A stretch of 64,000 bases of DNA from the NCBI GenBank assembly GCA_951406725.2, contig OX597823.1, positions 13,888,001 to 13,952,000 of the forward strand, in the 5' to 3' direction. The stretch's first letter is position 1. The number at the start of each line of letters is the position of its first letter. The position numbers were made by a program, and so were the translations under genes. The notes below the pieces were generated by a model that was not told the origin of the DNA, did no database searches, and saw only the letters and a list, made by a program, of their open reading frames with translations. The DNA comes from Octopus vulgaris (lineage: Eukaryota). Below, piece by piece: positions 1 to 14,220 of this stretch.

Positions 1-747
1 TGGTGGTGGTGGTAGTAGTTGTGGTCGTGGTGATGGTTGTGGTCCTTGTGGTAGTGGTGGTGGTGGTGGTGATGGTTGTCGTATTGGCGTTGTTGTTGTT
101 AGTGGTGGTGATGGTGGTGATGGTGGTGGTGGTGGTAGTAGTTGTGGTTGTAGTGATGGTTGTGGTGCTTGTGGTAGTGGTGGTGGTGGTTGTGGTGGTG
201 GTGGTGGTGATGGTTGTCGTATTGGCGTTGTTGTTGTTAGTGATGATGGTGGTGGTGGTGGTGGTGGTGGTAGTAGTTGTGGTTGTGATGATGGTTGTGG
301 TGCTTGTGGTAGTGGTGGTGGTTGTGGTGGTGATGGTGGTGGTTGTCGTATTGGCGTTGTTGTTGTTAGTGGTGGTGATGGTGGTGGTGGTGGTAGTAGT
401 TGTGGTTGTGGTGATGGTTGTGGTGCTTGTGGTAGTGGTGGTGGTGGTTGTGGTGATGGTGGTGGTTGTCGTATTGGCGTTGTTGTTGTTAGTGGTGGTG
501 ATGGTGGTGGTGGTGGTGGTAGTAGTTGTGGTTGTGGTGATGGTTGTGGTGCTTGTGGTAGTGGTGGTGGTGGTTGTGGTGGTGGTTGTGGTGGTGGTGG
601 TGGTGGTTGTCGTATTGGCGTTGTTGTTGTTAGTGGTGGTGATGTGGTGGTGGTGGTGGTAGTAGTTCTGGTTGTAGTGATGGTTGTGGTGCTTGTGGTG
701 GTGGTGGTAGTGGTGGTGATTGTCGTATTGTTGTTTTTGGCATTGGC

Positions 748-793
<46 letters not shown>
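1..793. repeat. (GTG/GTT/GTA)n compound microsatellite with a ~115-140 bp higher-order unit
   Basis: The anchor gtcgtattggcgttgttgttgttagt recurs at ~78, 216, 345, 468 and 609, and degenerately at ~722. The poly-Val ORF is an artefact. Confidence 0.9.
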
Positions 794-1100
794 AGGTTTC
801 AGCAGTAATAGTAATAGAGCAATACGAGAGTTGCAGCACCAGGGTGGAGTCGAACCACAAACGAAATGAAAAAAGAAAGAAAAAGAAAAACAGGAAAAAA
901 ATAGAAATAAAAGCAACAACAAGAACAGCAGCAACAGTATCAGCAACAATGACAATCAAGCTGAGAGAGGAATATAATGGAAGAGAGGATTCTACTCGCA
1001 GACATTATGGTGATACTGATGGGGAAGAGGAGGAGCAGGAGGCGGAGGCGGAGGAGAGAAAATGATTGGTGAATAATATACTTCTTTATAAATGATATTG

Positions 1101-1185
<85 letters not shown>

Positions 1186-1206
1186 CGGCAGCAGCAGCAG
1201 CAGTAT

Positions 1207-1266
<60 letters not shown>

Positions 1267-1689
1267 CATTAGTATTAGTGACTGCAAGTGGAGGTCCTGG
1301 AAGAAGTGATGTGTAATTCATAGTAACTATAACGCAGTAAGGACAGGTATGGTGGTGAGGATAAGGAATAGGATTAGAGGAAGCGACAGGAGGGGGGAGG
1401 TAGGGGAGGAGGAGGGCGAGGAGGGGGAGGAGGAGGAAGAAGAAAAGGGGCGTAGGTGGGACGGAAGAGGAAGGAGGAGGATGGCGATGATGATGATGAT
1501 GATGATGATGTCAACAACAACGACGAAGACGAAATCCATACCTCTATTAACAACAACAACAACGACAACAGCAATAATGATTTCCAATTTTTAGCACAAA
1601 GCCAGCAATTTTAACGGGTGGCTATTCATCAATTACATCGCATCCTCCTCGCCACCTCCACCTCCACCACCACACCCCGTGCATCATTG

Positions 1690-1812
1690 GTATTTGTTTT
1701 TTTATCGATTCAGAAAGATGAAAGCCAAAGTTTAACTTCGGAGGTATTTGAACTCCGAACGTAAAGAGCCGGAACAGATGTTGCTAAACATTTTTCTTCT
1801 ATACTCAAACGA
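1690..1812 (-). mobile_element. Degenerate fragment of SINE family N (see 19423)
   Basis: The reverse strand resembles ...acgttcggagttcaaatacctccgaagttaaactttggctttcatc..., the 19423-20200 unit. Confidence 0.55.
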
Positions 1813-1849
1813 TTCTGCCAACACGCCGCCTTAATCACCATCAACAACG

Positions 1850-1921
<72 letters not shown>

Positions 1922-2003
1922 ACAACAACAACAATAATAATAATGATAGCTGCGAAAGTGATACAGAGCAATCAATAACTTATTGATATATATATATACA
2001 TAC

Positions 2004-2222
<219 letters not shown>

Positions 2223-3030
2223 TATATATATTTTTTCATATATATATATGTGTATATATATTCATATATATGTATATGTGTGTCTGTGGGTGTTATGCAT
2301 GTATATATACATATGCATGTAGTTACACACACGCGCGCATAGAGATACACGCTCAGCACACACGTGTGTTTGTGCGTGCATGTATGTACATACGTCTATA
2401 TGTATATATGTATATATGTATGTATGTATATTGTCTTTCTCTTCAGCGAATGAATAAATAATTCGTTGTCTTTCCGGGTGCCATGTTTCATCCGCCTCTC
2501 ATCTTTCCATTTCGTGTGATTGCATTCTAACACGCAACGAGGAAGACACAACTACAACAACAGCAGCAGCAACAACAACAACAACAACAACGATAACAGT
2601 AAAAGCAACAACTATTGTAATACAAATAATATAACAAAAGTAACGAAAATAATATTATTAAAAAAAAGGACAATAACAAATAATATAACAAAAGTAAAAA
2701 CAAGAACCAAAACAAAAAGAGTCAAAATGAACGACAATGAATATGTATCTAAGAGACTGTAGTTGCACGCATGCGTGCTGGTACGACTCTATTGCTGTTG
2801 CGCCTGCGTGTCTTTCGTGTGCCGAGGCCTACCGGCCGATCTTGCCCTGTCACGCATGCGTATTGTGTGCATTGTGGCTATTCGTGCGAGTGTATATATT
2901 TTTTATGTTTATACTTGTACGGATATTGCGTGCTCGATATCGTGTTTTCTATAATGTATTGGTGTCTATGTGTATTGCGCACAAATGTGCGTGAATGTGT
3001 GTGTGTATGTGCGTGTGTGGAGCGTGTGAA

Positions 3031-3109
<79 letters not shown>

Positions 3110-3231
3110 GATATTGTGTGTTTGTGCACACAATGTGTGGGTTTGTGTGGATGTGTATGCATCAGTGAAAGTGTTAGTACGTCTGTGACTGTTTACGTTG
3201 CATTTGAGCCTATTGTGAGTGTGCACATGTA

Positions 3232-3269
<38 letters not shown>

Positions 3270-3602
3270 TGTGTGTGTGTGTTTGTGTGGGAGTGTGCGA
3301 ACCCATATGTGTCCGCACAAGAGTGCGTGTGTGATTGTGAACGTGTGAGGCCTGCCTGGCATGCAGATACATAACTGTGCGAGCTTATCAATGTGTGTTA
3401 GTGTGTGTAAGTGTATGTATGTATGTATGTGTGTGTATGTGTATATGTATCTGTGTGTGTGTGTGTGTATGTGTGTGTGCGTGTGTGTATGATTGTGTAG
3501 GGCAATTGTTAATGCAAACTTACACGTTTGACTGTTCGTCCGTGCGTGTACATACATGCAAACGAGCGTGTGTTTGTTTGTGCATGTGTGTGATTGTGCG
3601 TG

Positions 3603-3644
<42 letters not shown>

Positions 3645-3859
3645 TGCAAAGTTCGTATGGGTGAATCAGGTGAACTTTTCGATGTAAAGAGCAAGAAAGA
3701 AGCAGCTTAACTCGTGGTTATTTAAACATTATATTACAAGCCCCACTCTGACAAAATTGCATTCCCAGCATCGCTTCTAACTCACGATACGTCGCTCGAT
3801 CCCCCTCCCCCCTGCACATTTCCTCAGCCTCTACATCCTTCTCTCTGTTACTAGCTTTT

Positions 3860-3906
<47 letters not shown>

Positions 3907-4004
3907 TTCTCACTCTGTCTCTTACTTACTGTCTCTGCATTTCTCTCTCACTTTTTCAACATTACACGTCTCATTGCTCCATGAATGTATCTATTGAGGT
4001 GCAA

Positions 4005-4310
4005 GTGGAGACACATGGCCTAGTGGTTAGAGCCGCGGACTCGCGGTCGAGGGAGATCGCGAGTTCGAATCTCAGCCTGGGCGATATGTGTGTTTATGAG
4101 CGTAAACACCTAAGCTCTACGCGGCTCTGTCAGAAGATCATGGCGAAACTTCTGCTGACTCTTTCGCCACAACTTTCTCTCACTTTTTCCTCCTGCATGT
4201 TGCAGCTCACCTGCGACGGACCAGCGTCCCGTCCAGGTGGGGAACCTATACGCCAAGAAACCGGGAAACCGGGCTTTATGAGCCAGGCATGGCTCGAGAA
4301 GGAACAAACA
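4005..4310 (+). mobile_element. tRNA(Arg)-like SINE, family R (OR-type), with a ctgcgacggaccagcgtcccgtccagg tail module
   Basis: A-box tggcctagtgg, B-box gagttcgaatc and anticodon-like arm ggac-TCG-cggtc. Head and body are shared with the copies at 21261 and 58628. Confidence 0.85.
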
Positions 4311-4315
4311 ATTGA

Positions 4316-4482
4316 GGCGCAAGCGTAGCTGTGTGGTATGAGGTTTGCTTCCCTATCACATGGATCCAGGTTCAGTCCCACTTCGTAGCACAACGGGCTA
4401 ATGCCTTCTGCTATAGCTTCGAACCGAGCAAAGCCTTGTGAATGGTTTTGGTAAACGGAAATTGAAAGGAGTCCGTCGTATG
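4316..4482 (+). mobile_element. 5' half of SINE family A (CORE-like)
   Basis: Diverged match to gtggctgtgtggtaag...ggttcagtcccac...ggaaactgaaagaagcccgtcg. Confidence 0.8.
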
Positions 4483-4777
4483 TATGTGATTTTTTATTTT
4501 ATTTTATTTTATTTTATCTAGTTTCAGCTCACAAGCTGTGGCCATGCTGGGTCACCGCCATTTGTTCAGTTTTATTTCAAGATCTTCGATTTAAGACTCC
4601 TTCATTGGAATTTCAACATAAATAACAGTATTTTTGTTTGTATGAAATTATTTATGTATGTATGTATGTATGTATGTATGTATGTATGTATGTATGTATG
4701 CATGAATGTATGTATGTATGTACGTATGTATGTATGTACCTATGTATGCTATGTATGTATGTATGTATGTACCTATG

Positions 4778-4811
<34 letters not shown>

Positions 4812-5368
4812 CGTATGTATGTACGTATGTATGTAAGTATGTATGCATGTATGTATATGTCCAGATTTATATGTTTTGCTTTATATATGTATTCTCATGC
4901 AAAAAGTTGCATATTTAGACATGCTCATATATATTTAAATGATAAACTCCTGGGAAGCTTTAGATTTTTTACAGTACCAGTGATGTATGTATGTATGTAT
5001 GTATGTATGTATGTATGTATGTATGTATGTATGTATGTATGTATGTATGTAGGACCCTTCAAATTGTTTCTCCCAGTGCTCACTATTTTCCTATTGTATT
5101 GATCTAACGACCCTCCATGTTTGTTTTCCTTCAGTTTCCTTGTACGTCTCCACTGTCGTGTTTTTGTTCCCAACTTTGACCATTATTTCAGAATTTATGG
5201 GAGCAACTGTTTTCGAATACTCATATTGCCGTTGAATGCTCGAAATGAGGTGCAGATAGACAACCGACAACTGATGAGGGTCCCCCTTCTGTGTTAACTT
5301 GTCCTGTTTCCTATTTTTCTCGTTGTTTACGTATTTCATGTTATTTGCACGGCTGGTGACGTCCTGTA

Positions 5369-5427
<59 letters not shown>

Positions 5428-5437
5428 GGGCTATATG

Positions 5438-5476
<39 letters not shown>

Positions 5477-6106
5477 AAAAATCAATGATGCCTTCGTCAG
5501 AGTCATTGCTGGAAATAACAAACAGAGCCCCTGAAAATTGGTAAATTGTGAAATATATATATATATATTATACATATATATATATTTATATTTATATATA
5601 CATATATATCTGTAAAATATGTGACAATTATTCAATAGCCAAGATAAAATCTGAGTTTCGGATACCGAGGTGGAAATCCACAACACCATCTCTTCGGTTA
5701 TCCGTCCATCGGAAAAATGCTATGAAAAAAGACCGTTAAATATATATGTGTGGTTATTTGTATTGTTACTTCTGTTATTAATTTGGAAGATTATTTTGTT
5801 GTGATATTAACACTATTGATTTTAATATAATTGGTATTGATTTTTATTGATATCGATGTTGTTTATCCTGATGCTGTCACCTTCATCCTAATTGTTTTGG
5901 TATAACACATTACTTTGCAAGTTTACTCTAATCCTCTAAAACTATTCCTCCACTAGGCTAAATTGAAAACGGATAATTACTCTTAGACTCACCCAATATC
6001 CATGAAAAGTCCATTTCAAATTTCAACACGCTGGCTGGAGAATATCTGACCTATACACACTGCCAATATGGTCATGTTGCTGATCTACTTTTGTGATTGT
6101 CCCAAA

Positions 6107-6169
<63 letters not shown>

Positions 6170-6236
6170 ATACATACATACATACATACATACATGCATA
6201 TTCTTTTATTCTCTTCTATATTTTAGAGATGAGGAA

Positions 6237-6345
6237 TATGTGTCCTCATCTTGTTTGTTGATTCACTCTCCAGCCTTCATCAGGTGTCCTGGTAGAATTT
6301 TGAACCCAACCTTGGGTATTTTTTCTTAAGGTATTGTTTGATGAG

Positions 6346-6395
<50 letters not shown>

Positions 6396-6485
6396 GATAT
6401 ATCCCCGTAATGATTAAAAGCTCAGGCTGCTAACCCCAAGATTCCAAGCAGTACCTTGAATAAATAAATAAATAAAAAAAATTAA

Positions 6486-6565
<80 letters not shown>

Positions 6566-6725
6566 TAATAATAACATCAGCAAAAAAATATTTTAGGAAT
6601 GAGAACCCAGGTTTGGGTTCAAAATTCTTCTAGGACACCTGATGAAGGCTGGTGGGTAAATCGGCAGAAACATTGTGGTAAGAACAAACAAGATGAGAAC
6701 ACATATCGTCCAATGTAAATAATAT
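6237..6725 (+). mobile_element. HHR-bearing tRNA-derived SINE (family H) preceded by an inverted copy of its own 3' end
   Basis: 6393-6725 matches 23272-23612: head, (AAT)n, then gacacCTGATGAaggctgg...GAAAC. 6237-6343 is the reverse complement of the 3' part and shares the diagnostic ttgggttcaaaattct. Confidence 0.8.
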
Positions 6726-6737
6726 ATATTTCTTTAC

Positions 6738-6925
6738 AGGTTTCAGTGATATGACAGCGGTCATACTAGAGCACCGCCATAAAAGATTTTAGTCGAAGAA
6801 ATCAACACCAGGACTTATTCTTTCAGTTTGTTTTCCTGAACCACTAAGTTACGCAGACATAAACATACCAAAATCGGTTGTCGAGCGATGGTGGGGGGAC
6901 TAACACAGACATGAAAACAAATGAA
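6738..6925 (-). mobile_element. 3' half of SINE family A
   Basis: Reverse complement of ...cgacaaccgat...taacttagtggttc...gaataagtcctgg...ggcggtgctc. Confidence 0.75.
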
Positions 6926-6928
6926 TAT

Positions 6929-7365
6929 ATGTGGCTGTGTGGTAAGATGCTTGCTTCCTAACCACATGGTTCCGGGGTTCAGTCCAACTGCGTGACAACT
7001 TGGGCAAGTGTTTTCTACTATAGCTTCGGGCCAACCAAAGCATTGTGAGTGGAATTGGTAGAAGGAAACTGAAAGAAGCCCGTCGTAAATATATACATAT
7101 ATATATATATACACCCATATAGATTTCTATGCACGAGTACGTGTGTTGTGTCCTTGTGTCTGATTTTCTCACCTCCACCACCACTTCACAACCGGTGTTG
7201 GTGTGTTTACGTCACCATGACATAGCGGCTCGGCAAAAAAGGAGCGCTAGAATAAGCATCAGTTTTAAAAAGAATTTTTTTTTTAAAGTACTTGTGTCGT
7301 TTCGTTCGACTAAAATTTTTGACGGCGGTGCTGTAGCATCGTGGCAGTTTAATGGTTGAAAGAAG
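6929..7365 (+). mobile_element. SINE family A
   Basis: Head gtggctgtgtggtaag, CORE-like ttgggcaagtg, internal (TA)n and a degenerate 3' part. Confidence 0.85.
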
Positions 7366-7534
7366 TAAAAGATAAACGATAAATTAATTTGAGTAATCAA
7401 CGTTTTCTTAAAATTTTTTTTTTTTTTTTTACTTATCGATCTGCCAATTCTCACTCTCTTACAGTGTCTCTCTTTCTCTCATGTCAATACATATTGACAT
7501 GAGAATCATACATATTCCTTTTATTCACTCATGC

Positions 7535-7762
7535 TTTTATTTGTTTCAGTTATTTGAGTGCGGCTATGCAGGAGCACCGCCTTTAGTCGAAGAAATCGAC
7601 ACCAGGACTTATTCCTTGTAAGCCTAGTACTTATTCTATCGGTCCCTTTCGACGAATCGCTAAGTTACGACGACGTAAACATGCCAGGATCGGTTGTCTT
7701 ATCAAGCGATTGTGGGGTGAGACAATCACACAGACAAACAGACATACACACACACACATACA

Positions 7763-7819
<57 letters not shown>

Positions 7820-7980
7820 GACGAGCTTCTTTCAGTTTCCGTCAACCAAACACACTCACAAGGCTTTGGTCGGCCTGAGGCTATGGTAGAAGACACTTGT
7901 CCAAGGTACCATGCAGTGAGACGGAACCTGGAACCATATGGTTGGTAAGCAAGCTACTTACCTCACAGCCACTCATGCGC
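7535..7980 (-). mobile_element. SINE family A, near full length
   Basis: Reverse-complement match to the 44782 copy, with internal (TA)n/(CA)n. Confidence 0.9.
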
Positions 7981-8680
7981 ATGCATATCATTTTATAATG
8001 TCGTTGTATATGCCTGTAATTATTGTAGAATGGAAAAGTATGTGCGTATTATTGTAGAATATAATTGTAGAAATCTAATAATTCTATACACCTTAATTGA
8101 TTCAGCCAGGTAATTCATGAAAATACCTAGTTATTCCATGAAATGACTGAATTATATACGGTAACATATACATGCATATATGTATAATCGCTGATACTGC
8201 AGATTTTCTCCCTACCAGGCAGTCTTATACGGCGATAGCTTTAAAGCTCCCCAGAGTTATCACTCATTGGTATTTCTCATTGATAACGGCTGAAGAGCTA
8301 GAAAAGATAGTTCTGAGAATTCGTCGGCGGGCAACATTGAGCGATATGATAATTTTACACCTTTTACGATATGAAAGGAAATTTTTCTCCGAGGTAACTG
8401 CATTGAATCTGCTTTTAGAAACTGAAATATGTCACAAACATATATCAACTAGCCTAAGGTTCAATTGTGTCTAAACACTACCGGGCGCTGATACCGCTGT
8501 ATGTATACATAGTGTTTGCAGTGGTGTTCAGAGAAAAAGGAGGCAGTCAGTATTTAGTATCATTCTTTACTAGCGCTTTCGTTCGCTTAACTGAACACTT
8601 CAAGAAAAACAAAAAACAAGAGCATTTATATGTATATCTATATATCTATCTATCTATGTATCTATCTATCTATCTATCTA

Positions 8681-8733
<53 letters not shown>

Positions 8734-8751
8734 TATATATACATATACATG

Positions 8752-8806
<55 letters not shown>

Positions 8807-8877
8807 CTGTGAGTCTGTATGTATGTACGTATGTATGTATGCACCTATGTATATATATATGTGTGTGTGTGTGTGTA

Positions 8878-8920
<43 letters not shown>

Positions 8921-9074
8921 TACTTGCAATGCATTAAAGGATTTATGAATCACCATCCCAAAGTTCTTAGTATTATACACACACAAACGCACACACGCAT
9001 GTTATATGTACACACACACACACATAGGTACACACAAGCATATGGCCCGATGTAGAATAAAAGTATCCAATATA

Positions 9075-9720
9075 TATATATTACTGTGAAATACTTATTA
9101 CGAAATGTTTAACCCCGTCATCAATGACTTAAGGCAGACATAGCCCAGCTTTTTCGAGAAGTGGACCGCGTAAGACATTGCTCTTACTCAGACAGCACAC
9201 AGAAGACACGGTTAATCATTAGGCGGACAACACCACTAAAAGATCTGATAATCCATCCAGAAATACCCGCCGACCACATGTCACCCATGTACTTTAAAGC
9301 TTTAATATTTCATAATACTACAGCAGGACCTTCCTTCAGTTGCAGTCAGATGGACGGGCGGAAAAAACACTGATCGTTAATAACGATATAGTTTGATAAT
9401 CCTTGTTACGCGCCAGGAAGACATTACATTGTATTATGCTGTCCTTAAGCGATTTTACTGAAAGGCGAGTGAAAGCTGCGAAAATGGACGGAGTGTATGG
9501 TACCGCTCTAAGTATAGACCTGTGAGTCGGAGAAAAGGACTTTTGAGACGGCACTTGCCTTTCCTGTTCAGGGACTAGCTGGGACTCTTCGTCTATGTCT
9601 AGAGGTTTTCCTGATACAGGAGAACCACATCACTATCATCCTTTTGTTTTTCCAGTCTGCATTTGCTGTACTGCTGTATACTATGTATGCTACTCTTCTT
9701 TGTTTTATTGTATACCCGGT
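9075..9720 (-). pseudogene. Possible decayed LINE ORF1 (Tx1/L1-like) fragment
   Basis: The broken frame RSILRAV...FLARNKDYQTISLL...AVVL..KYMG loosely parallels the ORF1 at 56744-57673. Confidence 0.3.
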
Positions 9721-9889
9721 ATACTTTTCTTTTTTTCTTCTTTTTTTTAAAACCATTTCATTATTTGAAAACACCTACGTTTCATGACAGTCTTTGTTTT
9801 GTTCCCCCTCATCCTTCGCCCTGGTGGGAAATAAGAGAAATCATCATGATCATCACCATGATCATCATCATCATCATTATCATCATCAG

Positions 9890-10004
<115 letters not shown>

Positions 10005-10005
10005 G

Positions 10006-10551
10006 AGTGAGAGAGCAGTGCATGCCATAAAAGTGAAACTGAGGTATAAATATACGAAGCCTAGTATACCCGTCTGGTAAGGGTACACCAGGCACTCGCA
10101 TCACAACCATATGTGCGTGACATGGCGATTTCATATCAAGATAAACAGCGCATGACCTTGCAGGTGGGGGTCCAGTTAGAATTTTCTTCAGGTTGAGTAA
10201 CCATTCCGCTCAAAATGTACCTGAATAAGGGTTGTTTAAGGATGTTAAACGAAACACCCATGTTTCCAGAGGTGGATTATTCATACTCCAAAGAATTCCT
10301 CTCAACACATGGCTATGATGCTCCCCCACTACTTCTGCTCGTGATCAGATATGCTCATATCGTCAGCCACCAAGGGACATACTCAAACGGTTAAGGTTAA
10401 ATAACTGACAAGCAAATCTGTGGTATTGAGCAGAATATTTGCTGTAGCCCATCTTTTATACCAAGACAAAACAATGTACATGATAACACTTCCGATCAGT
10501 TAAGATCAGAAGCCAATGAGAGCCACTGCCTTTGGTACTGTATCAGGGCAT
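10006..10551 (-). mobile_element. Non-coding interspersed element embedded in (TAA)n
   Basis: A 545-bp complex sequence with TAA repeats on both sides. Its right end recurs at 11552-11586. Orientation is inferred. Confidence 0.55.
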
Positions 10552-10574
10552 TTATTATTATTATTATCATTATT

Positions 10575-11143
10575 CAGTAGTTTTATTTTTGTAGCGTGCT
10601 TTCACTTCACTACCGAGCGCAGCTCTGTGTGCCTTGGGTATGTGCTGTGATTTGTTGTGATACTCTGATGGTTATTGTATGGAAAGTGTTCTGCGTAAGG
10701 ATGTGTGCAGTGCCTAGTAGTGCAATTTTCTGTATGTTATATGTGTTTGTAAGTCCTGGTGTTTTTGTTATGTATTTATCTGAATATTTTTTTATCATGC
10801 CTAATGCACCTACTATGATAGGAATTGTTTCTGTTTTCAGATTCCACATTCTAGTTACCTCTATTTCCAGGTCTTTGTATTTTGAGAGTTTCTCCATTTC
10901 TTTTAGAGACACGTTGTCATCAGCCGGTATTGATACATCAATTAGAAAGCATTTTTTTCTTCATGATCTCTGACAACTATATCTGGTCTGTTGGCCTTAA
11001 TTTCTCTATCTGTGTGTATCGGCATATCCCAGAGTATGGTTGCTTTCTCGTTTTCTGTGACCTTTTCTGGTGTGTGTCTATACCATCTTTTTTCTGTTGT
11101 TATTCCATAATGTTGACATAGCTTCCAATGTATGTAGGTTCCA
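10575..11143 (-). mobile_element. 5'-truncated R4/Dong-clade non-LTR retrotransposon (restriction-like endonuclease domain plus 3' UTR)
   Basis: Translates to IHWKLCQHYG...ILWDMPIHTDREIKANRPDIVV...(frameshift) LIDVSIP...KLSKYKDL...PIIVGALG...IQKIALLGTAHIL, a PD-(D/E)xK RLE domain. Flanked by (TAA)n on both sides. Confidence 0.9.
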
Positions 11144-11199
11144 ATTATTATTATTATTATTATTATTATCATTATTATTATTATTATTATTATCATCAC

Positions 11200-11271
<72 letters not shown>

Positions 11272-11585
11272 GATATATCCCCGTAATGATTAAGAGCTCG
11301 GGCTACTAACCCCAAGATTGCGAGTTCAATTCCAGACAGTGAGACGGAACCTGGAACCATGTGGTTGGTAAGCAAGCTACTTACCTCACAGCCACTCCTG
11401 CGCATGCATATCATTTTATAATGTCATTGTATATGCATGTAATTATTGTAGAATGGAATTGTATGTGCGTATTATTGTAGAATATTATTGTAGATTGTAA
11501 TTGTAGAATGTAATAATTCTATACACCTTAATTCATTCAGCCAGGTAATTCATGAGAGCCACTGCCTGGTACAGCATCAGGGCAT

Positions 11586-11615
11586 TTATTATTAATATTA
11601 TTATTATTATTATTA

Positions 11616-11652
<37 letters not shown>

Positions 11653-11659
11653 CATCATC

Positions 11660-11720
<61 letters not shown>

Positions 11721-11844
11721 TTATTATCATTATCATCATCATTATTATTGTTATTATTATCATTATCATCATCATCATCATCATCATTTTATTATTATTA
11801 TAATCATTATTATTATTGTCATTATTATTATTGTTATTACTATC

Positions 11845-11909
<65 letters not shown>

Positions 11910-11976
11910 CATTATTATAATCATTATTATTATTATTATCATTATTATTATTATTATCATTATTATTATTGTTATT

Positions 11977-12029
<53 letters not shown>

Positions 12030-12156
12030 CATTATTATTATTATTATTATCATTATTATTATCATTATTATTGGTATTATTATCATTATCATTATTATCA
12101 TCATTATTATTATTATTATCATTATTATTATTATTATCATTATTATTATTGTTATT

Positions 12157-12253
<97 letters not shown>

Positions 12254-12414
12254 CATTATTATTGTCATTATTATTATCATTATTGTTATTATTATTATCA
12301 TTATTATTATCATTATTATCATTATTACTGTTATTATTATTATCATCATTATTATTATTATTATCATTATTATTGTTATTATTATCATTATCATTATTAT
12401 CATCATCATTATTA

Positions 12415-12445
<31 letters not shown>

Positions 12446-12450
12446 TATCA

Positions 12451-12544
<94 letters not shown>

Positions 12545-12578
12545 CATCATCATCATCATCATCATCATTATCATTATT
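11586..12578. repeat. ~1 kb (ATT/ATC)n microsatellite
   Basis: Directly visible. Confidence 0.95.
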
Positions 12579-12798
12579 AAGGTGGTGAACTAGCTGATTT
12601 GTTAGCACGCCGGGCATAATGCTTAGTAGCATTTCGTCCGTCGTTACGTTCTGACTTCAAATTCTACCGAGGTCGACTTTGCATTTCGTGCTTTCGGGGT
12701 CGAAAAAAAAAAATGGGCAGTTGATCACCGGGGGCCATTTAATCGACTAGCCCTTTCCCCCAACAAAATCTAAGGCCTTGTGCATATAGCAGAAAGGA
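12579..12798 (+). mobile_element. SINE family N, single copy
   Basis: aaggtggtgaactagc...ttcaaattctaccgaggtcgactttgc...ttcggggtcga matches the 19423 unit. Confidence 0.8.
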
Positions 12799-12829
12799 GG
12801 GGTTTTTTTCAATTTTAGTAGATCAGTTA

Positions 12830-13550
12830 CTTTTTGGATTAACTATGAATGAATTGAAATATATTGAATACTAAAAGAAATTAGTAGAATTGATGCATAT
12901 ATGTTCGTAATTTCATGATAAATAACCGTAAGTTGAATATATATAAGACTACTGGCCTTAGCTTTCTCTTGTTAAGTTCGTTGTCTGTATTTCATATATA
13001 TTAAAAATTGTTAGATTGTTTAGTCTTGAAAAAATTGGTAGAAAAATAAGGGACGCGTAAATTGTGCATATATATTTATATTTTCATATTCAGTAAGGTG
13101 GTGGTTTATATTTCTATAAGCTTAAATGTATTTTCCGAAATGTTTACGTTTGTTAGAAATCTCTAATTTGACATTTAAATCTTTAACAGATCTGTTAAGA
13201 TCTATAATATTTAGAATACCTTCAGAATCACATTGACTGAATATTTCAGATCCATTTATTCATCAAGAATTTTCCATTGGGTATCGAATAGCATTGTAGC
13301 GTTGGCCGTTTTCTTTAATTCTTTTAATAATATTGAAACAAAGAAACTTAACCAAATTTGTCAACTATGTTTGAATAATGAAAGAACACGATACGGTATT
13401 TGATATCCAATGGAAAATTCGCGAATGATGCCAGCCGTATATAGGTGAAATATGTTTTTTAATTTGTCTGTATTACAAATAACTCAATTCAATCGAATGC
13501 AACCTAAACAGAAAGCAAATATATTAAGATTGCATCGTTGAGTACTGATA
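12830..13550. mobile_element. Two divergently oriented, decayed Penelope-like GIY-YIG C-terminal fragments
   Basis: The + strand from ~13350 reads TKFVNYV*IMKEHDTVFDIQWKIRE*CQPY. The - strand from ~13288 reads FDTQWKILDE...LNVKLEISNKRKHFGKY. Both resemble the end of a PLE endonuclease. Confidence 0.6.
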
Positions 13551-13924
13551 GTTCAAACTAAAAGAGGCTTGGACAGTATTTCTCTCTAGAATACCCATTT
13601 GCAAAAGCGGGATCAAGACCTGGACATGCAATTGTGAAACAAACTACTTAACCAATCTATGCATACGATTATCGCTTGTTCGTTCAACCCTTGAGGATTT
13701 CATGGTTACAAGGAATTGGTATCGTTGTTAGAGATCAAAGATGCCTTTGTCATAAACGTTGCACAAGGATTGAACCTCACTTAGAGTAAAGAAAAAAAGG
13801 GAGATCGGAGTAGGTAATGTCACGTTAACATAACACGTTTTATATAAGGAATATATACATATAAACGAAGGTAAGGTAAAGTATTGATTAAATAAGGGAG
13901 CTGGTGATTAATTGGAGATGTTCG

Positions 13925-14094
13925 TCATGACGACGACGACGGCGATCGACGATGATAAGACTGATGATGATGATGATGATGAAGACGACAACGATGACGA
14001 TGATGACGACGACGACGACGACGCTGATGATAATGATGATGAGGAGGAGGGGAGGAGGAGGGGGAGGAGGAGGAGGTAGTGGAGGATGAAGGTG

Positions 14095-14130
<36 letters not shown>

Positions 14131-14177
14131 GTGATGGTGATGGTGATGAGGAAGATGATGACCTTGATGATGCTGAC

Positions 14178-14220
<43 letters not shown>

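Noticed and set aside
5245-5300. GAAA...CTGATGA suggesting a type II hammerhead (similar patterns at ~35572-35607 and ~45968)
   Set aside because: I could not form stems I and III or place a cleavage triplet.
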